From Sideroxydans sp. (lineage in GTDB: Bacteria; Pseudomonadota; Gammaproteobacteria; Burkholderiales; Gallionellaceae): a stretch of 40,372 nucleotides of DNA. Made by a program: the position numbers and the translations under genes. Position 1 is the first letter of the stretch; every line of letters starts with the position of its first letter. The DNA lies in NCBI GenBank assembly GCA_041752675.1, contig JBGSWB010000229.1, forward strand, positions 1 to 40,372. Direction: 5' to 3'. Positions 7,911 through 19,301 of the stretch are shown in pieces. The notes under the pieces are model-generated. The model was not told the DNA's origin. It searched no databases and saw only the letters and a list, made by a program, of their open reading frames with translations.

Positions 7911-8765
7911 ATGACGGTGTTTCTCAACGGTGAGTTCATGCCAATCGAAGAGGCGAAGGTGCCCATACTGGATCGCGGCTTCATCTTCGGTGACGGCGTG
8001 TACGAGGTCATCCCGGTCTATTCGCGGCGCGCCTTTCGTCTGGCGGAACATCTGCAACGCCTGCAACACAGTCTCGACGGCATCCAACTGAAGAACCCGC
8101 ACAGCGAGAGCGAGTGGTCGAACATCCTCAACGAACTCATCCGCCGCAGCGCACCCGAAGACCAATACCTCTACCTGCATGTGACGCGCGGCGTGGCGAA
8201 GCGCGACCATGCTTTTCCCGTTCCCGCCCCCACGCCCACCGTATTCGTGATGAGCAACCCGCTCACCACACCGAGCGCAGAACTGTTGAAAAGTGGCATC
8301 GCCTGCATCACCGTGGTGGACAACCGCTGGTTGCGTTGCGACATCAAAGCTATCTCACTTCTACCCAATGTTTTGCTACGCCAAGCAGCAGTAGCGGCAG
8401 GATGTGCTGAGGCCATCCTCATCCGTAATGACGAATTCATGACCGAAGGTGCAGCGAGCAACATCTTCGTGGTGAAGAACGGCACTCTACTCGCCCCACC
8501 GAAAGACAACCTGATGCTGCCCGGCATCACCTACGACGTGATACTGGAAATCGCCGCTGCGAACGGCATCCCTTGCGAAGTGCGCAAAGTGTTGAAAGAG
8601 GAAGTGTTCAGCGCGGATGAACTGCTACTGACTTCCTCCACCAAGGAAGTGATGCCCATCACCACGCTGGATGGCAAACCGGTAGGCAATGGCAAACCCG
8701 GTGCGATGTTCGCCAAGTTGCACACGCTCTACCAAACATTCAAACAGGAAGTGATGCGCAAATGA
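7911..8765 (+). CDS. dat: D-amino acid aminotransferase (class IV PLP enzyme)
   Basis: Start reassigned to ATG 7911 after AAGGAG. DRGFIFGDGVYE, HVTRG, CDIKAISLL, TEGAASNIF, LPGIT. Confidence 0.9.
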   Translation: MTVFLNGEFMPIEEAKVPILDRGFIFGDGVYEVIPVYSRRAFRLAEHLQRLQHSLDGIQLKNPHSESEWSNILNELIRRSAPEDQYLYLHVTRGVAKRDHAFPVPAPTPTVFVMSNPLTTPSAELLKSGIACITVVDNRWLRCDIKAISLLPNVLLRQAAVAAGCAEAILIRNDEFMTEGAASNIFVVKNGTLLAPPKDNLMLPGITYDVILEIAAANGIPCEVRKVLKEEVFSADELLLTSSTKEVMPITTLDGKPVGNGKPGAMFAKLHTLYQTFKQEVMRK

Positions 8766-8771
8766 AACAGC

Positions 8772-8884
8772 CGTCATTCCGGCGGAGGCCGGAATCCAGT
8801 GGGGTTTATTAAAAGTGATTTTTTCATCAGGGCATTGCACTGCACCTACATTTTGCCTGGATACCGGCCTTCGCCGGTATGACG
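8772..8884. repeat. REPIN-like element: inverted pair of CGTC-type REP palindromes
   Basis: CGTCATTCCGGCGGAGGCCGGAATCCAG (8772-8799) and its inverted copy CTGGATACCGGCCTTCGCCGGTATGACG (8857-8884), 3 mismatches in 28, around a 57-bp spacer. Confidence 0.8.
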
Positions 8885-8914
8885 ACATAATCAGACCTTT
8901 CCTAAAGGACTAAC

Positions 8915-9181
8915 GTGACTACCGAAGAATCTTTAATCGAGTACCCCTGCGACTTCCCCATCAAGGTGTTCGGCTCTGCACATCCGGATTTCGTGAACGC
9001 CATCACCCAAGTCGTGCAGGCGCATTCGCCCAACTTCACTAGCGAGAACATCGAATCACGTAGCAGCAGCGCGGCAAAATACACCAGCCTCACCTGCACC
9101 GTTCACATCACCTCGCGTGAGCAACTCGACGATCTGTATCGCGACCTGACATCGCACCCGATGGTGAAGATGGTGCTGTAA
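8915..9181 (+). CDS. ybeD: YbeD/DUF493 family protein
   Basis: LIEYPCDFPIKVFG...KYTSLT...SREQLDDLYRDL..HPMVKMVL; usual position before lipB; GTG start after AAGGA. Confidence 0.9.
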   Translation: MTTEESLIEYPCDFPIKVFGSAHPDFVNAITQVVQAHSPNFTSENIESRSSSAAKYTSLTCTVHITSREQLDDLYRDLTSHPMVKMVL

Positions 9182-9204
9182 TTGACATTGCCTTCCTCGT
9201 TCGT

Positions 9205-9242
9205 CCCCTCTCCCGCAACGCGGGGGAGGGTTAGGGAGGGGG
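9205..9242. repeat. CCCTCTCCC...GGGAGGG-type palindromic extragenic element
   Basis: Stem CCCTCTCCCGC (9206-9216) / GCGGGGGAGGG (9220-9230), followed by TTAGGGAGGGGG. Confidence 0.6.
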
Positions 9243-9262
9243 CTTCAGAAGAGGTGCAACCT

Positions 9263-9901
9263 ATGCAACACCCACCTATCCACATCCGCGCACTCGGTAT
9301 GGTCGAATACGAACCGACTTGGCGCGCCATGCAGCGCTTCACGGTGGAGCGCACAGCCGATACGACAGATGAGATATGGCTGGTACAACACCCCCCCGTC
9401 TTCACCCAAGGCCAAGCTGGCCTGCCCGAACATCTGTTGCGCACCTCGCACATCCCCGTGGTGAAGATAGATCGTGGCGGGCAGATCACCTATCACGGCC
9501 CTGGTCAGATCGTGGCTTACCTGCTGCTCGACCTGCGCCGTTGGAAAATCAACGTGCGTGAATTGGTGCGCCTGATGGAACAAGCTGTCATCGACCTACT
9601 CGCAGAATACGGCGTGAAGTCAGCCGGACGTGAAGATGCGCCCGGCGTGTATGTGGGTGATGCCAAGATCGCCGCGCTAGGATTAAAGATAAAGAACGGC
9701 TGCTGCTTCCACGGCCTATCGTTCAACGTGGATATGGATCTCAGCCCCTTCGCCTACATCAACCCCTGCGGCTACCAAGGACTGCGCGTGACGCAATGTG
9801 TCGAACAAGGAATGATCGTGCCGATGGAAGAGCTACAAGCAGAGCTCACGCAGAATTTGGTGCATGGCTTGCAACGGCATCTAGATTTGAAGCAGAAATA
9901 A
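9263..9901 (+). CDS. lipB: Lipoyl(octanoyl) transferase
   Basis: Start reassigned to ATG 9263 after [44 protein letters not shown]. Confidence 0.95.
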   Translation: MQHPPIHIRALGMVEYEPTWRAMQRFTVERTADTTDEIWLVQHPPVFTQGQAGLPEHLLRTSHIPVVKIDRGGQITYHGPGQIVAYLLLDLRRWKINVRELVRLMEQAVIDLLAEYGVKSAGREDAPGVYVGDAKIAALGLKIKNGCCFHGLSFNVDMDLSPFAYINPCGYQGLRVTQCVEQGMIVPMEELQAELTQNLVHGLQRHLDLKQK

Positions 9902-9917
9902 CTTTCGCGCAATCGAT

Positions 9918-10409
9918 ATGAACTGGCTTGTTGAACTGTTCAGCGAAAAGGCAAGAGAGACCCTCTCTCTGCGTTGGTTCGGCCTCACCAAGATACCCGT
10001 GCTGTTCTATTTCGGCGTGTCAGTGACCGAGATTTCGAAAGAGCGCATGGTCGTGCGCATCCCCTTGCGACGCAGAACGAAGAACCACCTTGGCTCCATG
10101 TACTTCGGCGCACTTTGCGCAGGAGCCGACTGTGCAGCTGGTGCATTCGCCATGCACCTCATCAAACAGCAACCCAAGCATGTCTCACTCGTGTTCAAAG
10201 ACTTCAGCGCCGAGTTCCTCAAACGTGCGGAAGGGGATGTGGACTTTTGTTGCGCCCAAGGCACAGAGATCGCCGAACTAGTCAAACAAGCAGTGGCATC
10301 GGATGAACGCGTCGAACGACAGCTGGATGTGATTGCGACTGTGCCATCATTGGGTGATGAACCTGTGGCTAGATTCAAACTAACTCTTTCACTCAAGAAA
10401 AGGTTGTGA
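9918..10409 (+). CDS. Hotdog-fold thioesterase-like protein (DUF4442/PaaI-like)
   Basis: RIPLRRRTKNHLGSMYFGAL..GAD, VFKDFSAEFLKRAEGDV. Confidence 0.75.
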   Translation: MNWLVELFSEKARETLSLRWFGLTKIPVLFYFGVSVTEISKERMVVRIPLRRRTKNHLGSMYFGALCAGADCAAGAFAMHLIKQQPKHVSLVFKDFSAEFLKRAEGDVDFCCAQGTEIAELVKQAVASDERVERQLDVIATVPSLGDEPVARFKLTLSLKKRL

Positions 10410-10478
10410 TTCAATCCGTCTGGAATCGGCCAATTTCGGACGTAAATCGTTTACTAATTTTGAGAGTGATCACATCTG

Positions 10479-10901
10479 ATGTTCAATCCGACCCGCGATG
10501 AAGCGCGACTGTTCTTGTTCGAATCTTGGCGCAAGCGCTGCGCTAAAGAATTATTGTCGCCGCTGGAAGATCTGACGGCGCAGCTTATCGACAAGCATCC
10601 CGAGTATCACGCCATCTTCAATGATCCAGAGAAGAACCAAGATAAAGATTTTGCCGCCGATGGCTCTGTGGTGAATCCTTTCCTACACCTGATGATGCAC
10701 CTGACCATCGAAGAGCAGATATCCATCGGGCAACCACACGGCATCCGTGAACAGTTCGTTCGTCTCACGCAGAAATACGAATCCGAACACGAGGCACAAC
10801 ACGCAATGATGGATTGCTTGGGCGAGATGATCTGGCAGGCGCAACGCAACAAGACCGCCCCCGATGCGGCGATCTATATCGGCTGCTTGGAGAAACAGTG
10901 A
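10479..10901 (+). CDS. DUF1841 family protein
   Basis: MFNPTRDEAR.F, HPEYH, NPFLHLMMHLTIEEQISI.QP.GI, CLGEMIWQAQR. Confidence 0.85.
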   Translation: MFNPTRDEARLFLFESWRKRCAKELLSPLEDLTAQLIDKHPEYHAIFNDPEKNQDKDFAADGSVVNPFLHLMMHLTIEEQISIGQPHGIREQFVRLTQKYESEHEAQHAMMDCLGEMIWQAQRNKTAPDAAIYIGCLEKQ

Positions 10902-11440
10902 TGGCGGATCGCTTGAGCAAAATCGTGACGCGCACAGGGGATGACGGTACTACAGGACTGGCCGATGGTTCGCGCCTGAGCAAAGACAGTGCGCGCATCA
11001 ATGCGCTGGGTAGTGTGGATGAACTCAACAGCCATCTCGGTGTATTGCTCGCTGAGCCATTGCCACAAGAGATTCGAGTGGAGTTACTCTGCATCCAGAA
11101 CGACTTGTTCGATCTGGGCTCGACCTTAGCCTTGCCCGGCACCGACTTCCCACAAGAGAAGCTGCTGCGCTTGGATGAGGCTATCGCACGTTACAACGCC
11201 GGTCTTCCCCCACTCAAAGAATTCATCCTACCCGGTGGCGGACGTGCGGCAGCGTTATGCCATGTGGCACGCAGTGTGGCGCGACGTGCGGAGCGCGACC
11301 ATTGCCACCTCGCGCAAAGCGATATCGTGAGCAACGACGGGGGGCGCTACCTCAATCGGCTGTCTGATCTGCTATTCGTGTTGTGTCGCGTACTTAACCG
11401 CGCGACAGGGGAAACGGAAACGCTGTGGCAGCGTGATTAA
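10901..11440 (+). CDS. pduO: Cob(I)yrinic acid a,c-diamide adenosyltransferase, PduO type
   Basis: Start reassigned to ATG 10901 (TGATG overlap). KIVTRTGDDGTT, GSVDELNS, QNDLFDLG, FILPGG, ARRAER, YLNRLSDLLF. Confidence 0.92.
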   Translation: MADRLSKIVTRTGDDGTTGLADGSRLSKDSARINALGSVDELNSHLGVLLAEPLPQEIRVELLCIQNDLFDLGSTLALPGTDFPQEKLLRLDEAIARYNAGLPPLKEFILPGGGRAAALCHVARSVARRAERDHCHLAQSDIVSNDGGRYLNRLSDLLFVLCRVLNRATGETETLWQRD

Positions 11441-12198
11441 GGGAGTGTCGGTGGCGTAGTGGGGCTGGGTTTGCGCAGATCCATTATTCCCATCACGTAG
11501 CCAGACAAGCAGTACCCTAGGAACAGCAAGAATAGGTGCAATGGTGGATCCACTGACACCAAGATGAAGAACAGCGCGAACAAGAAGATGACGATGAACG
11601 GCACACTCTTGCGCGTGTTGATGGACTTGAAGCTGTAGTACTTGAGGCTACTCACCATACTCAAGCCCGCGAACACAGTCAGTGCAGCGGCATACCAACG
11701 CAACTCATACCCCGTGAATTTGTTATCCAACATCACCCACACGAAGCCTGCAACCAAGGCAGCCGCAGCTGGGCTAGGCAGCCCTTGGAAGTAACGCTTA
11801 TCGATCACGTCGATATTAGTATTGAAGCGCGCCAAACGCAGCGCCGCACTCGCGCAATAGATGAAAGCGGCGAACCACCCCCACTTACCCAGATCACGGA
11901 ACGCCCACTCGTACATCAGGATGGAGGGCGCGACACCGAACGAGACCATGTCGGAAAGACTGTCGTATTCCGCACCGAACTCGCTTTGGGTATGCGTCAT
12001 GCGCGCCACGCGACCATCCAATCCATCCAACACCATAGCGATGAAGATAGCCACTGCGGCGATCTCATAGCGACCATTCATCGATTGAATGATGGCATAG
12101 AAGCCAGCGAACAAGGCGGCCGTAGTGAACAAGTTGGGCAACAGGTAGATGCTGCGCCTACGCAGGTTCATTCGTTCACGCTGTTTGGTCTCGATCAT
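11437..12198 (-). CDS. pssA: CDP-diacylglycerol--serine O-phosphatidyltransferase
   Basis: LLPNLFT, DGLDGRVAR..., GAEYDSLSDMVSFGVAP, LRLARFN, FQGLPSP. Start could be 12171. Confidence 0.93.
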   Translation of the reverse strand: MIETKQRERMNLRRRSIYLLPNLFTTAALFAGFYAIIQSMNGRYEIAAVAIFIAMVLDGLDGRVARMTHTQSEFGAEYDSLSDMVSFGVAPSILMYEWAFRDLGKWGWFAAFIYCASAALRLARFNTNIDVIDKRYFQGLPSPAAAALVAGFVWVMLDNKFTGYELRWYAAALTVFAGLSMVSSLKYYSFKSINTRKSVPFIVIFLFALFFILVSVDPPLHLFLLFLGYCLSGYVMGIMDLRKPSPTTPPTLP

Positions 12199-12276
12199 AG
12201 GTTTGGATTCATGCCAAGGAAGTGGTCGTTACGGACACTTTATCACCGATGGTGACTTTGACGTAGTACGAAAGAT

Positions 12277-12323
12277 CGGGGGCGGGTTAGAGCGCGAAAG
12301 TCTCGCCCTCCAACCCGCCCCCG
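12277..12323. repeat. Long GC-rich hairpin downstream of ilvC (REP-like / mRNA stabiliser)
   Basis: CGGGGGCGGGTT (12277-12288) / AACCCGCCCCCG (12312-12323), with an inner imperfect stem GAGCGCGA/TCGCCCTC; no clear U-tract. Confidence 0.6.
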
Positions 12324-12330
12324 CGATTGC

Positions 12331-13878
<1,548 letters not shown>

Positions 13879-13879
<1 letters not shown>

Positions 13880-15585
13880 CACAAGTCCTCCGCCAAGATC
13901 ACTTCAGACAAGCCCTTGCCGCCAGGAACCATCGGATAGACGTTCTCGGTCGGGTCGGTACGGAAGTCGAGGAACACCAGATCGTCCTTGCGCGCGAAGG
14001 CTTCCTTCAATGCGCCTTCCACATCGGAGGGTTTGTCCACACGGATACCCACGTGACCATACGCCTCGGCTAGCTTCACGAAGTCTGGCAAAGCATCCAT
14101 GTAGGAATGCGAATAGCGATTGCCGTGGAAGAACTCCTGCCACTGGCGCACCATGCCCAGATAGCGGTTGTTCAACGCGATGATCTTGACTGGGATGTTG
14201 TATTGCTTGCAGGTGGATAGCTCCTGGATGTTCATCTGGATGCTGCCCTCACCCGTCACGCAAGCCACAGTCGCACCAGGGTGCGCGAGCTGCACACCCA
14301 TCGCCGCTGGCAGGCCAAAGCCCATCGTACCCAAACCGCCGGAATTGATCCATTGGCGCGGCTTGTCGTATTTGTAATATTGCGCCGCCCACATCTGATG
14401 TTGACCAACGTCAGATGTGATGAAGGCTTCACCTCGGGTGATCTCGTACAACTTCTCGATGACGAATTGCGGCTTGATGAACTCATCGGAGTTCTTGTAG
14501 GTCAGCGATTTTCGGCTACGCCACGTGTCGATCTGCTGCCACCAAGTCTTCAGGTTAGTCGCATCAGGCTTCTGCTTGCTCGCAGCCAACACGCCCAGCA
14601 TGTCAGTCAACACTTGCTTCACATCGCCCACGATAGGCACATCCACCTTCACACGCTTGGCGATGGTCGCAGGGTCGATATCGATATGGATGATCTTGCG
14701 TGGCACCGAAGTGAAATGCTTCACATTGCCGATGACGCGATCATCGAAGCGGGCGCCGACTGCCAACAACACGTCGCAGTCCTGCATCGCCAGATTGGCT
14801 TCGTACGTGCCGTGCATGCCCAACATGCCGAGATTCTGTTTATCAGTCGCAGGATAGCCGCCCAAACCCATCAAGGTATTGGTGATAGGGAAACCTAATT
14901 TACGAACCAGATCCGTCAATTGTGTCGATGCATCAGCCAGTACCACGCCACCACCGGCATACACCATCGGACGTTTGGCTTCCAACAACAACTTAACAGC
15001 CTCTTTGATCGCCCCCATGTCGCCATGCGTCTGGGGGTTATAAGAGCGGATGCTGACGGACTCGGGATAGAAAAACTCGGTCTTGGTGTTGGAAACATCC
15101 TTAGGGATATCCACCAGCACAGGACCAGGACGTCCCGACTTCGCCAGATAGAACGCCTTCTTCAGCGTGACCGCGAGATCTTTGACATCTTTGACTAGGA
15201 AATTGTGTTTGACGCATGGACGTGTGATGCCGACCGCATCCACTTCTTGGAACGCATCTTCGCCGATGAAACTGGTCGGTACTTGTCCGCTGATGACCAC
15301 CATCGGGATGGAATCCATATAAGCAGTCGCGATACCCGTCACTGCATTGGTCAAGCCGGGGCCGGAGGTGACCAATGCCACACCGACCTTATCTGTGGAA
15401 CGAGAATAGCCATCGGCAGCATGCACAGCCGCCTGCTCATGGCGCACCAAGACGTGCTTCACCTTATCCTGCTGGAACAGTGCGTCATAAATGAACAGCA
15501 CTGCGCCGCCAGGGTAGCCAAAGACGTACTCGACGCCCTCTTCCTGCAAACATTTGATGGTTATTTCTGCGCCGGTCAGTTCCAT
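13879..15585 (-). CDS. ilvI: Acetolactate synthase large subunit
   Basis: VFGYPGGAVL, RHEQ, TSGPG, SGGLGTMGFG, GEGSIQMN...NN (ThDP motif). Confidence 0.97.
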
Positions 15586-15734
15586 GAGCGAAAACCTATG
15601 AATTGCTTCGAATTAAAGACCGAGCAAGATAAAGGCTGGCGGCGTTTTGGTCAACCCCAATCAAGCCCAAAATCGCCGAAAACCCTTGTCCCTACAGGAA
15701 TTTGCTATCATGCGCCGCCTCTAGGAGACCCGTC

Positions 15735-16316
15735 TTGTCCACCCGCGAACAACTATCCGATTTCCTTGCCAGCATCGAACGACGTGCCTACAAGCACGCG
15801 ATGTTCGCTGTGCGCGATGAAGCCGCTGCGCTGGACATCGTGCAGGAAGCCATGATGAAACTGGCAGAAAGGTACGGTGACAAGCCCGCAGAGGAGTACC
15901 CGATGCTATTCCATCGCATCCTGCAGAACACCGTCACAGACCACTTCCGCAGACAGAAGGTGCGCACCACTTGGTTCACCCTGTTCTCCTCGTTCTCCCC
16001 ACAACACGCCGACGAGGAGTTCGACCCGCTTGACGTGCTGGAGGATGAAAAAAGCCCGAGCAACCACCTACAACCCGATGCCGACTTGCAACAGAATCAG
16101 ACATTGGCGAGTATCGAAGCTGCATTGTTACGCTTACCAGCCCGTCAACGAGAAGCCTTCCTGCTGCGTTACTGGGACGGATTAGATACAGCAGAGACAG
16201 CGTCCGCGATGGGATGTAGCGAAGGTAGCGTCAAGACCCATTGTTCAAGAGCGACACACGCTTTAGCCGAGACACTGAAACAGAAAGGAATAGACCTATC
16301 ATGGGAATCAAACTGA
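15735..16316 (+). CDS. ECF RNA polymerase sigma factor
   Basis: TTG start at 15735 after AGGAG. ALDIVQEAM (region 2), LPARQREAFLLRYWDGLD.AETA..MGCSEGSVKTHCSRA (region 4). Extended -10-like TGCTATCAT at 15703-15711. Confidence 0.92.
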   Translation: MSTREQLSDFLASIERRAYKHAMFAVRDEAAALDIVQEAMMKLAERYGDKPAEEYPMLFHRILQNTVTDHFRRQKVRTTWFTLFSSFSPQHADEEFDPLDVLEDEKSPSNHLQPDADLQQNQTLASIEAALLRLPARQREAFLLRYWDGLDTAETASAMGCSEGSVKTHCSRATHALAETLKQKGIDLSWESN

Positions 16317-16648
16317 AGATCGAGGACATCCAGCACTTGCTGAATCGTTCAGCAAGCGACCTCAGCCCTGAGACCCTGGATAAACTGCAGCGCGCGCGCC
16401 GCACAGCACTTCAGCATCAACAAACCACACAACCGACTGCCGTGCATGCTTGGTTGAGCCAGCATGGGGTCATTGGCCACCACCCTTCATCGCAACACAG
16501 AGTCCTCAACTGGGGGCTAGCGGCAGTGTTCGCTGTCGTACTGGTGAGCGGCGTCAGCTACTGGCAACACAGCTCCGAACGCGACCATAGCGCGATCGAC
16601 ATCGCCATCCTAACGGACGACTTGCCCGTCCATATGTATGTCGATTAA
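16301..16648 (+). CDS. DUF3619 family membrane protein (putative anti-sigma)
   Basis: Start reassigned to ATG 16301. L..ARR.AL, one TM segment, C-terminal DIAILTDDLP..MYVD; follows the ECF sigma. Confidence 0.8.
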   Translation: MGIKLKIEDIQHLLNRSASDLSPETLDKLQRARRTALQHQQTTQPTAVHAWLSQHGVIGHHPSSQHRVLNWGLAAVFAVVLVSGVSYWQHSSERDHSAIDIAILTDDLPVHMYVD

Positions 16649-17036
16649 GGGTAGTCAGAATATGATGATGCGCCATTCAAAACTACTCTTAGCAGCCGCA
16701 CTCTTGGCACCACTCGTCGCTCTTGCAGCCCCTTGGAACAGCCTGAATGCAGGTCAGCAACAGGTGCTGGCGCCTCTTTCTGCAACTTGGAACACCCTGC
16801 CCGAAAGCGAACAGAAGAGCTTCGTAGGCATCGCCGACGGATACGCAAAACTCCCCCCCGAGAAGCAACAGCGTCTGCAAGAGCAATTGGAAGGATGGGG
16901 GAAATTGACGACCGAACAGCGCCACCGCGCCAGAGAGAAATTCACCGCCTTCAGCAAAGTGCCCGAGGAAAAACGTGAGGCAGTGAGACAGATGGTGCGC
17001 GAACAACAGGCCGAACCGGCCAGCCCCACGAAATAA
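16638..17036 (+). CDS. DUF3106 family periplasmic protein
   Basis: Signal peptide, then W.SL...QQ.VLAPL...W..LP, and W.KLT.EQR repeats. Start may be 16662. Confidence 0.8.
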   Translation: MSIKGSQNMMMRHSKLLLAAALLAPLVALAAPWNSLNAGQQQVLAPLSATWNTLPESEQKSFVGIADGYAKLPPEKQQRLQEQLEGWGKLTTEQRHRAREKFTAFSKVPEEKREAVRQMVREQQAEPASPTK

Positions 17037-17045
17037 AATCTAGTG

Positions 17046-18125
17046 TCAGCGGCGCTCAGTGCGCCAGAGCATCACCAAGGCCAACCCAAGGAACACCCAC
17101 ATCATTGCGGTCGCACTGAACACCGGCCACCAATCTTTGAGCGTCCCCAGATTGGCGAACAAACGGCTAGCGAAGTGGAATCCCAAGCCGAGCACCACTC
17201 CCAAGAATATCTTGCTACTGATACCGCCTTCACGCTTGTTATACGACGAGAACGGCAAAGCCAACAACATCATCACCAACACCGCGAATGGGTAAGCCAA
17301 CTTGTTCCACATGGCGATCTCATAGCGCGACGTCTTCTGCTTGTTATCATCCAGATGTTGGATGTATTGATACAGACTCCACGCCGACATCTGCTCGGGT
17401 TCGATCAACAGCACCGTGAAGATGTTCGGACTCAATGACGAGCGCCACTCCATCGCCCCCAACTGGTTGACAGTCGCACCCGTTCCGCTGAACTTGGTTT
17501 GTTTGACACCCGTCAACTCCCAACTCTGCCCCTTCTGATAGGACGCTCGTTCCGCCGCAGTGATGCTACGCAATTGATAGCGTTCATCGAACTGATAGAT
17601 GCTGACACCCAACAAGGTCGTATCGTGTAACACAGCCTTCACATTGACGAAGCTCCCCTCGTCCTTCACCCATACACCAGAGCGGAACTCACTCAGACTC
17701 ACATTCGCATTCTTGGCTTTCAGCTTGATCTGTTTAGCCAGATGCTGACTCGGTGGCGCGATGAACTCACCCACCACAAAACAGGCGATCATGAATGGGA
17801 GGCCGATTCGCAGTAGTGCATGGATCATCTGCTTCAACGACACTCCCGAAGCGCGATACACGGTCAACTCTGAATTGGCTGCCATCTGCACCAAGGCGAA
17901 GATGGTACCGATCAAGACCGCCACCGGAAAAAGTTCGTAGATGTGGTTCGGCGCGGTCAACAACACGAACAGCAACACATAGCCCATGTGATAGCCGCTG
18001 CTCTCACCCATCTCGTTCATCTGATTGATGAGGTCGAGCAGCTCGAACAACATGAGCAACGCCGCGAACACCAAGAGCACGCTGAGATAGATCTCCTTTG
18101 CCAAGTAACGCGTCAGCAGATTCAT
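17046..18125 (-). CDS. lptG: LPS export ABC transporter permease LptG
   Basis: Start reassigned to MNLLTRYLAKE (ATGA overlap with lptF). LIGT...MAANSELTVYRASG, GEFIAP, W.KLAYP. Confidence 0.93.
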   Translation of the reverse strand: MNLLTRYLAKEIYLSVLLVFAALLMLFELLDLINQMNEMGESSGYHMGYVLLFVLLTAPNHIYELFPVAVLIGTIFALVQMAANSELTVYRASGVSLKQMIHALLRIGLPFMIACFVVGEFIAPPSQHLAKQIKLKAKNANVSLSEFRSGVWVKDEGSFVNVKAVLHDTTLLGVSIYQFDERYQLRSITAAERASYQKGQSWELTGVKQTKFSGTGATVNQLGAMEWRSSLSPNIFTVLLIEPEQMSAWSLYQYIQHLDDNKQKTSRYEIAMWNKLAYPFAVLVMMLLALPFSSYNKREGGISSKIFLGVVLGLGFHFASRLFANLGTLKDWWPVFSATAMMWVFLGLALVMLWRTERR

Positions 18126-19210
18126 CGGCGCCACCTTTGCCAAGAGAAGGGCGAGCTACGATGATAGAAATAGACGAGCGTCCCCACCAGCAACACCAGA
18201 TGGATGCCCCACAGACCGACCATCATGCTGACCTTCTCGCGCGCCACCCATGAGACGGAGATGGTCAACATGTTGTTGTAGAACATATACAGCACGATGG
18301 CCGCGATCAGGCTGTATGAACGGCCCGCGCGCGGGTTCACATAACTCAAGGGTATCGCCAACAACGCCAACATGAACGCCCCCAAAGGCATGCTGATGCG
18401 CTCCTCCACCAGCTGCGATTGGTTCGAAGGGTCCGGATGTTGGATCAAATAGAGGGTGGAATAGGCTCTGCGATTACTCGTGTTTTGCGGCAGATCCACC
18501 GGTTCGATACGGATGGAATAGCGATCGAACTCGGCGATCTTGAAATCCGCCTGCCCCGGCACGCCTTCATAGCGAGAACCCTTCAGCAACACAAGGAAGC
18601 GATCACCGTTGGCCGCGATCTCCTGATAGCCCTCTTTCGCCACCATGGTGCCGTCCTTGCCGTTCTGCACCGACTGCACGAAGATATTCTGGACGCGCTT
18701 CTTCTCTGTATCCACTTCCTCCAAGAAGAACACGCGATCGGCCTGCTTGGATTCGCGGAACACACCCGGTGCGGCAGAAGAGACATCGTCACGACTATTC
18801 AACCTGCGCTTGAACTCATCCGCCATCGACCATGCCCACGGCGACAACACCAGACTCATCAATGCGATGATGAACACCACCGGTATCGTATAAGCCATCA
18901 CAGGACGGATGAATCGCGTCAGCCCGACCCCAGAAGAGAACCACACCACCATCTCACTGTCGCGATAGATGCGCGACAAGGTGAGCAACACCGAAAGGAA
19001 CAGACTGATAGAGAGCAACACAGGAATGAAACTCAACGCGCTGAAACCCAACATCACCAACACGCCATCCACCGCCAGCCCACCGTTCACCGATTCACCC
19101 AACAGTTTGATGAGTTGAGTGAACACCACGATGCCCATCAGAACAGAGAATATGAGTAGACCTGAGCTCGCGAACTCGCGCACCAGCGACCAATAGAAGA
19201 TACCCCGCAC
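18122..19210 (-). CDS. lptF: LPS export ABC transporter permease LptF
   Basis: SRIYRDSEMVVWFSSG, PGVFRE, LAIPLSYVNPRAGRS. Start uncertain (GTG 19210 chosen; ORF track extends to 19267). Confidence 0.92.
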   Translation of the reverse strand: MRGIFYWSLVREFASSGLLIFSVLMGIVVFTQLIKLLGESVNGGLAVDGVLVMLGFSALSFIPVLLSISLFLSVLLTLSRIYRDSEMVVWFSSGVGLTRFIRPVMAYTIPVVFIIALMSLVLSPWAWSMADEFKRRLNSRDDVSSAAPGVFRESKQADRVFFLEEVDTEKKRVQNIFVQSVQNGKDGTMVAKEGYQEIAANGDRFLVLLKGSRYEGVPGQADFKIAEFDRYSIRIEPVDLPQNTSNRRAYSTLYLIQHPDPSNQSQLVEERISMPLGAFMLALLAIPLSYVNPRAGRSYSLIAAIVLYMFYNNMLTISVSWVAREKVSMMVGLWGIHLVLLVGTLVYFYHRSSPFSWQRWRR

Positions 19211-19301
19211 GATTCGAGGCGATCGCTTCTTTGACTTTATGCCTTGAGATTGCGGATAATCGGCCATTGCAGGTTAATCGATGGATATTAAGGAGCGACA
19301 C

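Noticed and set aside
9182-9262. 27-aa N-terminal extension of LipB
   Set aside because: It is the translation of the palindromic repeat; a good RBS precedes ATG 9263.
15586-15734. ilv leader peptide / attenuator
   Set aside because: No short Leu/Val/Ile-rich ORF or terminator hairpin is visible on the - strand in this divergent gap.
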